Below are positions 27,503 to 37,425 of a DNA stretch of 47,549 bases, piece after piece. This DNA is from Candidatus Buchananbacteria bacterium (GTDB taxonomy: Bacteria; Patescibacteriota; Patescibacteriia; CAIXNZ01), in assembly GCA_014729025.1 (NCBI GenBank), contig WJKP01000031.1, positions 1 through 47,549 on the forward strand, written 5' to 3'. The translations under genes and the position numbers were made by a program. How positions within the stretch are numbered: position 1 is the stretch's first letter; each line of letters opens with the position of its first letter. The notes beneath the pieces were generated by a model. It did no database searches. It was given only the letters and a program-made list of their open reading frames with translations, and had not been told where the DNA came from.

Positions 27503-29275
27503 TTAATCAATAATTTTATCCTCAATTTCTTGTTTAATTTCATTAATAAAATCATCCACTTGCTTGCCCCCTAAATCTCCCTTGCTTCTTTGCCTAACCG
27601 CGACCTTATTATCTTTAACTTCTTTTTCACCAATTATCAATAAATAAGGTATTTTTTCTTGCTCACCTTTACGAATCTTTTTACCTAAAGTTTCTGAAGA
27701 ATCATCCAATTCTACCCTAATATTTTCTTTGTCTAATTTAGCCTGAACTTCTTTTGTATAATCTAAAAATTTATCTGAAACCGGTAATAATTTAACCTGT
27801 ACAGGACTTAACCATAAAGGGAAAATACCGGCAAAATGTTCTATTAATAAAACCAAAAACCTTTCATAGGAACCCAAAATAGCCCGATGAACCATAACTG
27901 GATTAATATTCTCCCCTTTTTCATTAGTAAAAGCCAGTTCAAATCTTTGGGGAGTAGCAAAATCAACCTGAACCGTTGGAATTTGTATTTCTTTACCAAT
28001 AGCATCTTTAAACATGAAATCCAATTTGGGGCCATATAAAGCTGCTTCACCTTCTATTTTCTTGGCATCCAAACCCATTTCATCAGAAACTTCTTGAAGC
28101 ATTTGTTCACATTTATCCCAATCTTCTTCAATGCCAATATATTTACTAAAATCACTATAATCTCTAACTGATAATGAGACCCAATGACTTCCCCATAAAC
28201 CCAAAACGTCATAAAAATCTTTTATAATATTTATCATGTTTTTAACTTCTTCTTTTACCTGATCTACTCGGCAAAAAGAATGGCCGTCTTCTACTGTAAT
28301 AGCATAAACTCTGCCTAAACCACCTATTTCACCAGCTTTTTCAGCCCTATATTGTTTTTCAGATTCCATATATCTTACAGGTAAATCCCTATAAGAACGG
28401 ATTTTAGAAGCATAAATCTGAGTTTGATGCGGGCATTGAACTGGTTTTAAAACAAAATCATGTCCGCTTTTGGAAGTAACATGAAATAATTCATCCGCAA
28501 ATTTATCAGCATGACCGGAAATTTTATATAAATCCAACTTAGCTAAATGAGGAGTCATTACTTTTTTAAAACCATAAGAATGACAAACCTCTTCAATATA
28601 TTTTTTTAATTCATCAATAATAGCAACGCCCCTTGGAGTAAACAAAGGCAAGCCTGGGCCAACTAAATCTGAAAAAACAAATAAATCCAACTCTTTACCT
28701 ATTTTGCGATGATCTCTTTCAGCTGCGGCTTTAAGCAAATTCAAATATTCCTCAAGTTCTTCTTTTGACTGAAAGGCCGTCCCATAAATTCTCTGTAGCA
28801 TTTTATTGTTTTCATCACCACGCCAGTAAGCGCCTGCCACTTTCATTAATTTAAAAGGTCCGATTTTATTGGTTGATTCAACATGCGGACCAGAACATAA
28901 ATCTTCAAAAATATCACCTAACTTATAAAAAGTTACAGTTTTCTTGTCTTTTTCTGTGCCTAATTCTTTAATTAATTCCAGTTTATATGGCTGGTCTTTC
29001 ATTTTTGTTAAAGCTTCATTAATCGTTACATCTTCTTGAATAAAATTTAAATTTTGCTTTATAATATGTTTCATTTTTTTTTCGATTTTCGGCAAATCAT
29101 CTTCAGAAATAGTTTGTTTACCTAAATCAAAATCATAATAAAACCCGTCTTCTATTGTCGGACCAATCGCAAATTTAACTTGATCGCCATAAAGTTGTTT
29201 AACAGCAGCTGCCATAACATGAGCTGCTGAATGTCTCATAACATCCAATTTTGATTCGTTTTTTTCTTTTTTCAT
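27503..29275 (-). CDS. thrS: Threonine--tRNA ligase (lacks the N-terminal TGS domain)
   Basis: RHSAAH, DLCSGPH, GAYWRGD, RDHRKIG, ALYGPKLD, VHRAILGS. Confidence 0.96.
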   Translation of the reverse strand: MKKEKNESKLDVMRHSAAHVMAAAVKQLYGDQVKFAIGPTIEDGFYYDFDLGKQTISEDDLPKIEKKMKHIIKQNLNFIQEDVTINEALTKMKDQPYKLELIKELGTEKDKKTVTFYKLGDIFEDLCSGPHVESTNKIGPFKLMKVAGAYWRGDENNKMLQRIYGTAFQSKEELEEYLNLLKAAAERDHRKIGKELDLFVFSDLVGPGLPLFTPRGVAIIDELKKYIEEVCHSYGFKKVMTPHLAKLDLYKISGHADKFADELFHVTSKSGHDFVLKPVQCPHQTQIYASKIRSYRDLPVRYMESEKQYRAEKAGEIGGLGRVYAITVEDGHSFCRVDQVKEEVKNMINIIKDFYDVLGLWGSHWVSLSVRDYSDFSKYIGIEEDWDKCEQMLQEVSDEMGLDAKKIEGEAALYGPKLDFMFKDAIGKEIQIPTVQVDFATPQRFELAFTNEKGENINPVMVHRAILGSYERFLVLLIEHFAGIFPLWLSPVQVKLLPVSDKFLDYTKEVQAKLDKENIRVELDDSSETLGKKIRKGEQEKIPYLLIIGEKEVKDNKVAVRQRSKGDLGGKQVDDFINEIKQEIEDKIID

Positions 29276-29311
29276 ATAATTAAACTTATTAATTATTTAA
29301 ATTAATTATTT

Positions 29312-29520
29312 AAAAATGGGCCCCAATCAGACAAATAAATAAATTTATCGTCTTGGGACCCATTTTTATAGGCGTTTCCACCCAAGTTCCTTTCGAAAAA
29401 AATATCCGAAAGACACCTTAATTATTATCTCGGCAAAACTTAGCAAGCACCTTACGGCTGACTTGAACCATTAAAAATGGTTAAACAGTTGGTAGCTGTT
29501 TCAATCACTTTTAGAGATAA
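29312..29520 (-). ncRNA. T-box riboswitch (Thr), transcriptional, with ultra-short Stem I
   Basis: Antiterminator CTTGGG-TGGAAAC-GCCTAT..ATGGGT-CCCAAG; overlapping terminator with T run; CCGTAA Stem IIA-like motif; ACC in the 5' hairpin loop; upstream of thrS. Confidence 0.85.
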
Positions 29521-29524
29521 TTAA

Positions 29525-29553
29525 ATAATAAAATATATTATTATTAATGTCAA
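29525..29553 (-). promoter_or_regulatory. thrS promoter
   Basis: TTGACA-17 nt-TATTAT. Confidence 0.7.
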
Positions 29554-29556
29554 ATA

Positions 29557-30687
29557 CTATTGAGCGATCTTGATTATTATATGATCCTGAAAATATGGTA
29601 CTTTTTTTATCCAACTCGGGAAAAAACCAATATCAACACTTTCAATACCTTCAAAATTTTCTAAATAGGCTCTGATTTCAGCCGGTTTTAGTTTGATTAA
29701 TTTATCAGATGCCAATATCTCACTGTCTTCACTTATTATAGTAACACCTTTTATTGTACTACTAACTTGCACTAATTGATTTTCCAAATCATATTTTTCA
29801 ATTTCATAAATCAAACTATCTTTATTGGTAACAACCAAATCTTTATCTAACGGCACCAAACTTTCCAACGTTTTTTGAGCAAAATTTTGGACTGGTTGCT
29901 CATCAAACATTACTCCAACAACCCTGAGTGTTAAATTTATTGTATATTCATCAATTTCTTCACCCACTTGATTTGACAATTCTTGCTCAACAATTTCTTT
30001 TGTTAAAATTTTAGTTTTATCAACATTTTCTTCTTTGAAAATTTGGCGGGATAATTCCCCAGTAAAATCCTCTATTGCCTGATCAATTTCTTCTTGTGAA
30101 ATAGCCTTAACTGTAACTCCTTCCGCGACAAAATCATTTTCCGCTTCAGCATAAACAAATTCTTGCAATGTTTGACTTAAACCAGGAATAGCAAATTCAG
30201 TATCCGCTGTAGCCAAGGGCTGGTTAGGATCATCAGGGTAAACTTCTGTTACTATACTGCCACCAGCTGGCACATTAACTCTATTTTGTAATCTAAATAA
30301 TACGTCTTCAGGAGTTAATAAACGAGTAGTAGCCACTAAAACTTGGTCACGCGATAAATCATTATAAATCCTCACTTGCCCCACCACATCCTCAAAAACT
30401 TGCTTAGTTCCAGTAGTTTCAAAAGTTTTTTCTCCTGTTAAAGTTTCATTGACTATTTGACCCAAAAAAATTCCCTCTTTGGCATCAACCAATTCCGGAT
30501 CCTCGACAATCACAAAATTAAAATCAGTTTGAATTTCTTGGGCTTTAGGATAAACAGTAATATACGCGTAACTTAAAGTAAAATAAAAAATCACGGCAAT
30601 TAAAATTAAAGTTAGAATAATAAAACTAATTGCTATTTTTTTATAAATATTAAGCGGTGGATTAATTGAACTTTTGCGTCTAGGCAT
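29557..30687 (-). CDS. Membrane-anchored hypothetical protein (weak baseplate-J-like pattern)
   Basis: N-terminal TM; GQVRIYN...LVATTRLLT...FRL...VPAGG...IPGL. Confidence 0.7.
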   Translation of the reverse strand: MPRRKSSINPPLNIYKKIAISFIILTLILIAVIFYFTLSYAYITVYPKAQEIQTDFNFVIVEDPELVDAKEGIFLGQIVNETLTGEKTFETTGTKQVFEDVVGQVRIYNDLSRDQVLVATTRLLTPEDVLFRLQNRVNVPAGGSIVTEVYPDDPNQPLATADTEFAIPGLSQTLQEFVYAEAENDFVAEGVTVKAISQEEIDQAIEDFTGELSRQIFKEENVDKTKILTKEIVEQELSNQVGEEIDEYTINLTLRVVGVMFDEQPVQNFAQKTLESLVPLDKDLVVTNKDSLIYEIEKYDLENQLVQVSSTIKGVTIISEDSEILASDKLIKLKPAEIRAYLENFEGIESVDIGFFPSWIKKVPYFQDHIIIKIAQ

Positions 30688-30751
30688 AATTTTATTTTTA
30701 TTTAATTAAGTTAATTTTATTATAACAAATTTTATTTATTTATTGAAGTTT

Positions 30752-33700
30752 TTAAATCAATTTAACAAAACGCACTTCGCTCAAACTATTTAATTCTTTT
30801 TGTAAAACAGGATCTTCAAAATCAGCACAAAAACTGGTTTCGATTTTCTTGAACCGTTCATTATTGATCGGTACAGCTAAATAAACCTTATTTTGCCCCG
30901 ATGTTTTACTTAAAAGATTGTTTAATTTTGAAATTGTTTCAGCTGTAATAACTTTTTTAAAAAATATAAAAAAATTTTTACCTTGATTTTGTATTTGCGT
31001 ATTAACTTTCTTTAATTTACTTTTTAATTCTGATAATATTTCTAAACTCAAAATTTTGACTTCATTACAAATAACCTTACATTCCCCATCTTTTTGGGAA
31101 ACCGTACCACTAACAATAACCACATTATCTTCCGCCCAATTTTCTTTTGTTTGAGTATAAACACTGGGAAAAACAATTATTTCCAAACTGTCATAAGTAT
31201 CTTCAATATTAACAAAAAGCATCATGTCGCCTTTTTGAGTAATTACTTTTTTAATATTATTAATAACACCAGCTATTCTAATATTGCCTATGCCTAAACC
31301 TTTTTTAATACTATGAGTTGTAAAAACATAATCCTTTAATTCTTCCTGATAATCGCTGAAGGGATGATCAGAAATGTAAAGACCTAATAATTCTTTTTCC
31401 CAAGCTAACGCGTCCTTTTTATTAACTGGCTCAAATTTTTCTAATTGTAAATTATATTTAACAGTCTCTTCAGTCAAAGCAAATAGACTATCTTGGCAAC
31501 TATTTTCCTGGGAATTAATAATTTTTATAAAATTTAATAATTTATCCATATTCATTAACATTTCATAACGGTCTCCGAATTGATCCAGTGCACCACTTTT
31601 AATTAAACTTTCCAGTGATTTTTTATTTAAATCTTTATCATTAATTCTTGATAAAAAATCTTCCAAGCTTTCAAACCGGCCGTTGGCCTTTCTTTCATGA
31701 ATAATCGCTTTAGTTAAATTTAAACCGACATTTTTTATGGCTGATAAACCGAATCGAATACGTGGTTTACCCTGCTTTAAACTCTCAGCTACAACAGTAA
31801 AACGAGTGTAACTTTCATTGATATCAGGCGGCAAAACTTCTATGCCCATTGCGCGGCATTCATTTACTTCCAACGCCACCCTTTCAATATTGTCCAGGTC
31901 AGAAGTTAATAAGGCGGCCATAAATTCTACTGGATAATTGGCTTTTAAATAAGCTGTCTGATAAGCAATTAAAGCATAACAAGCGGCATGAGAACGATTA
32001 AAACCATATCCTGCAAAAGGCTCAATAAAAGCAAAAACTTGTTTAGCAGTTTTTTTATCAATATTGTTTTTTAAACAACCATCAATAAATTTATTTTTTT
32101 GTTCAATTAATAATTTCTTAATTTTTTTACCAACCGCTTTTCTCAAAACATCGGCCTCAGCCAAAGTAAACCCAGCCAAAGAACGGGCAATCTCCATTAA
32201 TTGTTCCTGATAAATAGCGATCCCACTGGTTTTGGATAAAATTGGTTCTAATTTTTCATGTAAATAACTGGGGTTAGTTTTGCCATGTTTATTACTAATA
32301 TATTGAGGGATTAATTCCATGGGCCCTGGACGATACAAGGCAACCATAGCAATAATATCTTCAAATTCATTTGGTTTTAATAATTTTAAATATCTTTTCA
32401 TGCCACCTGATTCCAACTGGAAGACACCGGTTGTTTCTCCTTTTTGTAAAAGTTGATAAGTTTTTTTATCTTCTAACTCCAAATAATCAATATTAATTTT
32501 TTTCTCATGAATTTTTTCAATATTTTCTAAAGTATTTTCAATAATAGTTAAATTGCGTAAACCGAGAAAATCCATCTTTAAAATACCTAAATCTTCAACG
32601 GGATGTAAAGAATATTGAGAAACAATAGCATTATCTCCGCTTGAAGAATATTGTAAAGGCACAAAATTTGTTAACGAAGCCGGTGTAATCAAAACGCCAC
32701 AAGCATGAGTTGAAGCGTGACGGCAAACACCTTCTAATTTAATGGCATTATCAATAATTTCTTTGCATTCTTGATTATTTTTATATTCTTCTTTTAATTC
32801 CGCTACTTTTTCTAAAGCATCATCCAATTTCATATTCATGGGAATCATTTTGGCAATTTTATCACAATATCCGTACGCCACATCCAAAGCACGGCCGACA
32901 TCACGAACTGCTGCACGAGCAGCCATAGTCCCAAAAGTAATTATCTGAGAAACATGTCTTTTCCCATATTTTTCCTCAACATAATGAATCACGTCTTCAC
33001 GACGAACATCGGCAAAATCAGTATCAATATCAGGCATGGAAATACGATCGGGGTTCAAAAATCTTTCAAAAATTAAATCATAAGCCAAAGGTCCGATATT
33101 GGTAATTTTTGTTAAATACGCAACCAAAGAACCGGCAGCCGAACCTCTGCCTGGACCGACTACAATCCCGTTTTCCTTAGCCCAAATAATAAAATCTGCC
33201 ACAATTAAAAAATACGAGGCAAAACCAGTTTTGGCGATAACTGATAGCTCGTATTCCAAACGATCCAAGATGTCTTTTTTCTTAAATTCTTGGCTTAATG
33301 ATTTAGTTAATATTTTATTTTCATCAACTTGCCAGTTAAAATCAGATTTTAATTCACCACCATAACGTTCAACCAATCCCTGATAACAAATCTTTTTTAG
33401 ATATTGATCGTCTGTTTGACCTGCTGGCACCTCAAAATCCGGCAAAATATTTTTACCAAACTCCAATTCAACATTACATAATTCAGCTATTTTTTCAGTA
33501 TTACTAATTGCTTCGGGATAATCTTTGAAATCTTTAATCATTTGTTTTGTTGAACGTAATGAAAAATCATCATGCATCATTGTCATGCGGTTGGTCTCTG
33601 CTATTTTTCGATTAGTCTGAATGCATAATAAGATATCCTGAGCCTTGGCATCTTCAGTATTAAGATAATGGGTATCATTCGTTGCGACCAAGCCTAAATT

Positions 33701-34294
33701 ATACTTTTTGGCTAATTTAACTAATTTTTCATTAGCGATAGCCTGTTTGGGTTCATTAGGATGATGTTGTATTTCCAAATAAAAATTATCTTTGCCAAAA
33801 ATATCTAAATATTTTTGCAAAACAGTTTCTGTTTTTTTATCGTCTTTATAAGTTAAAATGGCATTTGGTATTTCTCCTTTTAAACAAGCTGACAAAGCGA
33901 TCAAACCTTCATGATATCTTTCCAATATTTCAAAATCTATCCTAGGCTTATAATAAAAACCATCCAAATAAGCTTTTGAAACAAGTTTTAATAAATTTTG
34001 ATAACCAGTATTATTTTTAGCTAAAAGCACTAAATGATAATTTTCTTCATCAATATTGGCTCGCTTATTTAAAATACCATAAGGCGCCATATAAGTTTCC
34101 ACACCCAAAATAGGCTTTATCCCAGCTTTTTTCGCCTTTTGATAAAACTCAATAATACCATACATTGAACCATGGTCAGTTAAAGCCATAGCCGGCATAC
34201 CATCTGCCTTAGCTTTATCAATCAAATCATCAATTTTAGCCATGCCGTCAAGCAAACTGTAATGGCTATGAATATGTAATGGGACAAACTTCAT
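30752..34294 (-). CDS. dnaE: DNA polymerase III alpha subunit
   Basis: LHIHSHYSLLDG, GPGRGSAAGS, MPDIDTDF, GYGFNRSH. Confidence 0.97.
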   Translation of the reverse strand: MKFVPLHIHSHYSLLDGMAKIDDLIDKAKADGMPAMALTDHGSMYGIIEFYQKAKKAGIKPILGVETYMAPYGILNKRANIDEENYHLVLLAKNNTGYQNLLKLVSKAYLDGFYYKPRIDFEILERYHEGLIALSACLKGEIPNAILTYKDDKKTETVLQKYLDIFGKDNFYLEIQHHPNEPKQAIANEKLVKLAKKYNLGLVATNDTHYLNTEDAKAQDILLCIQTNRKIAETNRMTMMHDDFSLRSTKQMIKDFKDYPEAISNTEKIAELCNVELEFGKNILPDFEVPAGQTDDQYLKKICYQGLVERYGGELKSDFNWQVDENKILTKSLSQEFKKKDILDRLEYELSVIAKTGFASYFLIVADFIIWAKENGIVVGPGRGSAAGSLVAYLTKITNIGPLAYDLIFERFLNPDRISMPDIDTDFADVRREDVIHYVEEKYGKRHVSQIITFGTMAARAAVRDVGRALDVAYGYCDKIAKMIPMNMKLDDALEKVAELKEEYKNNQECKEIIDNAIKLEGVCRHASTHACGVLITPASLTNFVPLQYSSSGDNAIVSQYSLHPVEDLGILKMDFLGLRNLTIIENTLENIEKIHEKKINIDYLELEDKKTYQLLQKGETTGVFQLESGGMKRYLKLLKPNEFEDIIAMVALYRPGPMELIPQYISNKHGKTNPSYLHEKLEPILSKTSGIAIYQEQLMEIARSLAGFTLAEADVLRKAVGKKIKKLLIEQKNKFIDGCLKNNIDKKTAKQVFAFIEPFAGYGFNRSHAACYALIAYQTAYLKANYPVEFMAALLTSDLDNIERVALEVNECRAMGIEVLPPDINESYTRFTVVAESLKQGKPRIRFGLSAIKNVGLNLTKAIIHERKANGRFESLEDFLSRINDKDLNKKSLESLIKSGALDQFGDRYEMLMNMDKLLNFIKIINSQENSCQDSLFALTEETVKYNLQLEKFEPVNKKDALAWEKELLGLYISDHPFSDYQEELKDYVFTTHSIKKGLGIGNIRIAGVINNIKKVITQKGDMMLFVNIEDTYDSLEIIVFPSVYTQTKENWAEDNVVIVSGTVSQKDGECKVICNEVKILSLEILSELKSKLKKVNTQIQNQGKNFFIFFKKVITAETISKLNNLLSKTSGQNKVYLAVPINNERFKKIETSFCADFEDPVLQKELNSLSEVRFVKLI

Positions 34295-34361
34295 ATATAA
34301 TTACAAATTAAACTTATCCCAATTAAACAAATAGGGGTATATTAAAATTATATCGTAAAAA

Positions 34362-35816
34362 TTAACCTTTAACAACGCCTAAGGGATACATTTGAGCGAC
34401 TTTTTGAGCTAAACCAGCCTGAACCACTATTTCAACTACATTATCAATATCTTTATAAGCCAATGGCGCTTCTTCAGCTATATCTGACAATGACGGGCAA
34501 CGGATCAAAATACCCCGTTTAGCTAATTCTTCTTTAATTTGTTTACCAGAAACTTGTTTTTTGGCTGACGAACGAGACATTCTACGACCAGCTCCATGAC
34601 AAACCGAACCAAAAGTTTCCTCTTCGGCCTGTTTAGTTCCAGCTAAAATAAAAGATGAAGTTCCCATGCTGCCTGGTATAAGAATAGGCTGTCCCACTTT
34701 TTTATAATCTTTTGGTATGTGCGGATTATTTGGACCAAATCCCCGCGTTGCCCCTTTGCGATGCAAACAAATTTCAACTTCTTGATCTTCAATCTTATAT
34801 TTTTCCTTTTTGGCCATATTATGCGCTACATCATAAACTAACTGTAAATCTGATTTATCTTTAAAATCACTACCTAATTCTTCTTCAAAAACTTGCCTGG
34901 TTAAATATGTAAGATATTGACGATTATTCCAAGCAAAATTAGCAGCTGCGTTCATTGCTGTAAAATAATCCTTACCTTCTTGAGAATTTAATGGAGCGTA
35001 AATCAATTCGCGATCAGGTAAATCCAAATCCCATTCTTTTATCTTTTTATTTAATTTTTTAATATAATCAGTACAAACCTGATGGCCAAATCCTCTAGAA
35101 CCAGTATGAATCATGACAACAATTTGATCTTCAAAAAGCCCAAAAACTTCAGCAATTTCTTTATTAAAAATTTTGGCTACATACTGAACTTCTAAAAAAT
35201 GGTTACCAGAACCCAATGTGCCAATTTGATCATGACCTCTTTTTTTAGCTTGCTCAGACACCTTATCAGGATCAGCTGATTTAAGACAACCGTTTTCTTC
35301 ACAATGCTCTTTATCTTTTTCAGAAGCAATACCCTTTTTTATTGCCCAATCAATACCTTCACTTAAAACTTGGTTCAATTCTTTTTGATTGACTGATAAT
35401 TTGCCGCTTTTACCCAAGCCGCTCGGCACTGTTTCGTATAAAGCGTTGATTAATTTTTCAAATTTGGGTTCTAATTCTGATTTGGTAATCTGACTGGTTA
35501 AAAATCTAACACCGCAATTAATATCATAACCGACGCCGCCTGGTGAAATAACTCCCCCATCCCATTTAAGCGCGGCAACTCCGCCAATCGGAAAACCATA
35601 GCCTTGATGAATATCAGGCATAGCTAATGAATACTTTAAAATACCTGGTAAAGTCGCCACATTAACAGCCTGCTCCAATGAACGGTCTTCAGTAATTAAA
35701 TCGAACATTTTTTCATTAGTATAAACGCGCACCGGCACATTCATATCTTTACGATAATCCTTGGGGATTTCATAAAGATAATCTAAAATTTTGTTTAAAT
35801 TATCTTTATTAGCCAT
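34362..35816 (-). CDS. rtcB: RNA ligase RtcB
   Basis: MPDIHQGYGFPIG, DINCG, GSGNHF, HNMAK, HRKGAT, HGAGR. Confidence 0.96.
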   Translation of the reverse strand: MANKDNLNKILDYLYEIPKDYRKDMNVPVRVYTNEKMFDLITEDRSLEQAVNVATLPGILKYSLAMPDIHQGYGFPIGGVAALKWDGGVISPGGVGYDINCGVRFLTSQITKSELEPKFEKLINALYETVPSGLGKSGKLSVNQKELNQVLSEGIDWAIKKGIASEKDKEHCEENGCLKSADPDKVSEQAKKRGHDQIGTLGSGNHFLEVQYVAKIFNKEIAEVFGLFEDQIVVMIHTGSRGFGHQVCTDYIKKLNKKIKEWDLDLPDRELIYAPLNSQEGKDYFTAMNAAANFAWNNRQYLTYLTRQVFEEELGSDFKDKSDLQLVYDVAHNMAKKEKYKIEDQEVEICLHRKGATRGFGPNNPHIPKDYKKVGQPILIPGSMGTSSFILAGTKQAEEETFGSVCHGAGRRMSRSSAKKQVSGKQIKEELAKRGILIRCPSLSDIAEEAPLAYKDIDNVVEIVVQAGLAQKVAQMYPLGVVKG

Positions 35817-35833
35817 AATTTAATTATTAATTT

Positions 35834-36241
35834 TTAAATATCAAAAACAACTTCAGCAATCCATTGGTTATCTTTCTCTTTAATAACTAAATCATTATAA
35901 GTCACGGCTTTAATATCTAATTTAATCTTTTCAACTTTATATCCTGCAATCGTGGCTTTAAGTTCTAGGTCCTTAAAAATTAATTCAAATTTATTATAAA
36001 TTTCATCATTAGTATCACTTAAATAAAGTAATTCGCTTAAAAAATCTACCAAAAGCGACTGCAAATCAACAGAATCAATCCTAATTTCTCTTTTAATAGG
36101 CTGATCTTTTAATAAGCTTTCATTATCAATCATATTATCAAACATACCTTTAGCCATATTAACAAATACTTCTTTTTTATCTTTACCAAAAGCGCGAATT
36201 TTTAAATCAGCCGTATGTTCCAAATTTTCATATTGCTCCAT
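35834..36241 (-). CDS. Archease
   Basis: EHTAD, IKAVTY, C-terminal VFDI; adjacent to rtcB. Confidence 0.93.
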   Translation of the reverse strand: MEQYENLEHTADLKIRAFGKDKKEVFVNMAKGMFDNMIDNESLLKDQPIKREIRIDSVDLQSLLVDFLSELLYLSDTNDEIYNKFELIFKDLELKATIAGYKVEKIKLDIKAVTYNDLVIKEKDNQWIAEVVFDI

Positions 36242-36244
36242 AAA

Positions 36245-37081
36245 CTAAACTATTAAAAAATAAGCTAAAAATCCAAGCAAGGTGCCCAAAATTATGGGCG
36301 GTAAACCTGGCATGGGTGCTCTTTTTTTCTGAGTAATAAATAAAATATAAAGAAAAACAAAACCGCAAACTGCGCCTAGCGCAGTCAATAAAGCAGTTAA
36401 TTGGCTAATTTTTAAACTGGAAACAACCAAAATAGCTGGTAAGGCTAAATCTCCAGTACCTAAAAACATAAATTCAATTGAGGGACTAACTGTTTTTGTT
36501 TTCTTAAATAAAGATTTAAAACTTTGCGGGATAATTAAAGAAAAATGGACCTTAGCCTTAGCTATACCACTAAACATTTTGACCATGTGTTTTGTTTTAT
36601 AAACCGCCCAAAAATCATAAATAGCCAAAAATAATAAAATTAAAATTACAGCCGAAGGCATAAAATTTAAGCCAAAAATCACGGCAATCGCACTGACGGC
36701 CAACACAATTATGACATTATGAATAAAAATATTACGATAAAAAGCCCAAGATAGTAAAAGAAATGCCACAACATATAAAAAATTGGGCCAATCAAAAAAA
36801 GCCTGGCTAAAAAATAAAAGTCCTTCAATAATTGCCAAATAAAATAACCCTTGTATCAGCCAAGGTTTTTTAAAATATTTTAAAATTACTAATAAAATAA
36901 CTGTTGCCACAATAAACATGATTATAAACTGCCAGGCTGACAAGCCTTCGGCTGATGCCGAAGTCTGAGTAGGGGCTTTTTGTAACAAACTCAAAGCAAC
37001 GCCAATTGATAAATACATGGTAAAGGCAAATAAAAAAAGCTCAAACAAAAAACTAAAATTGAAAAAATATCTTAATTTCAT
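36245..37081 (-). CDS. Presenilin/SPP-type (A22, GxGD) intramembrane aspartyl protease
   Basis: About 9 TM; IYDFWAVYKTKHM (YD), LGTGD, PGLP. Confidence 0.85.
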   Translation of the reverse strand: MKLRYFFNFSFLFELFLFAFTMYLSIGVALSLLQKAPTQTSASAEGLSAWQFIIMFIVATVILLVILKYFKKPWLIQGLFYLAIIEGLLFFSQAFFDWPNFLYVVAFLLLSWAFYRNIFIHNVIIVLAVSAIAVIFGLNFMPSAVILILLFLAIYDFWAVYKTKHMVKMFSGIAKAKVHFSLIIPQSFKSLFKKTKTVSPSIEFMFLGTGDLALPAILVVSSLKISQLTALLTALGAVCGFVFLYILFITQKKRAPMPGLPPIILGTLLGFLAYFLIV

Positions 37082-37087
37082 ATTTTT

Positions 37088-37118
37088 ATTATAACATTAA
37101 TCAAAAGAATGGTATAAT
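37088..37118. promoter_or_regulatory. Divergent extended -10 promoters
   Basis: Minus TGtTATAAT ends 6 nt before ATG 37081 (leaderless geometry); plus TGgTATAAT at 37110-37118. Confidence 0.55.
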
Positions 37119-37151
37119 AAAAAAACCCCCTCTTAATATAAATAAGGGAAA

Positions 37152-37394
37152 TAAGTAAAATTTATAAAACTTGACTATGCTAGTTTTAGGCCTAATGCAT
37201 AATCATGTATTTAGCCATTTAAACCTTCCTTGATGTTAAAACTTGAAGGTAGAGCACTAAATAAATTTAGTAGATTCTGCTCTTTTTCTGCAGATAAAAA
37301 AAATCTCAAATACCAGATTTACATAATTATTTATCTTTGTTTCACCTGGTCTTCGCCCTCAGCCCTAGCATAGTCAAACTCTAAATTTATCTTA
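37152..37394 (+). ncRNA. Unassigned multibranch structured RNA or leader
   Basis: 13-bp perfect closing stem 37171-37183/37365-37377 enclosing at least four hairpins. Confidence 0.5.
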
Positions 37395-37425
37395 ATCAAT
37401 TTAAATATTCTGAACAATAAATATT

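Noticed and set aside
29557-30687. Phage baseplate or prophage interpretation
   Set aside because: It is a single membrane-anchored gene between thrS and dnaE, with no other phage genes nearby.
37340-37370. Minus-strand GGGCTGAGGGCGAAGAC resembling a tmRNA 5' end
   Set aside because: No T-arm or CCA 3' end and no tag reading frame. The minus-strand operon also appears to start downstream, at 37081.
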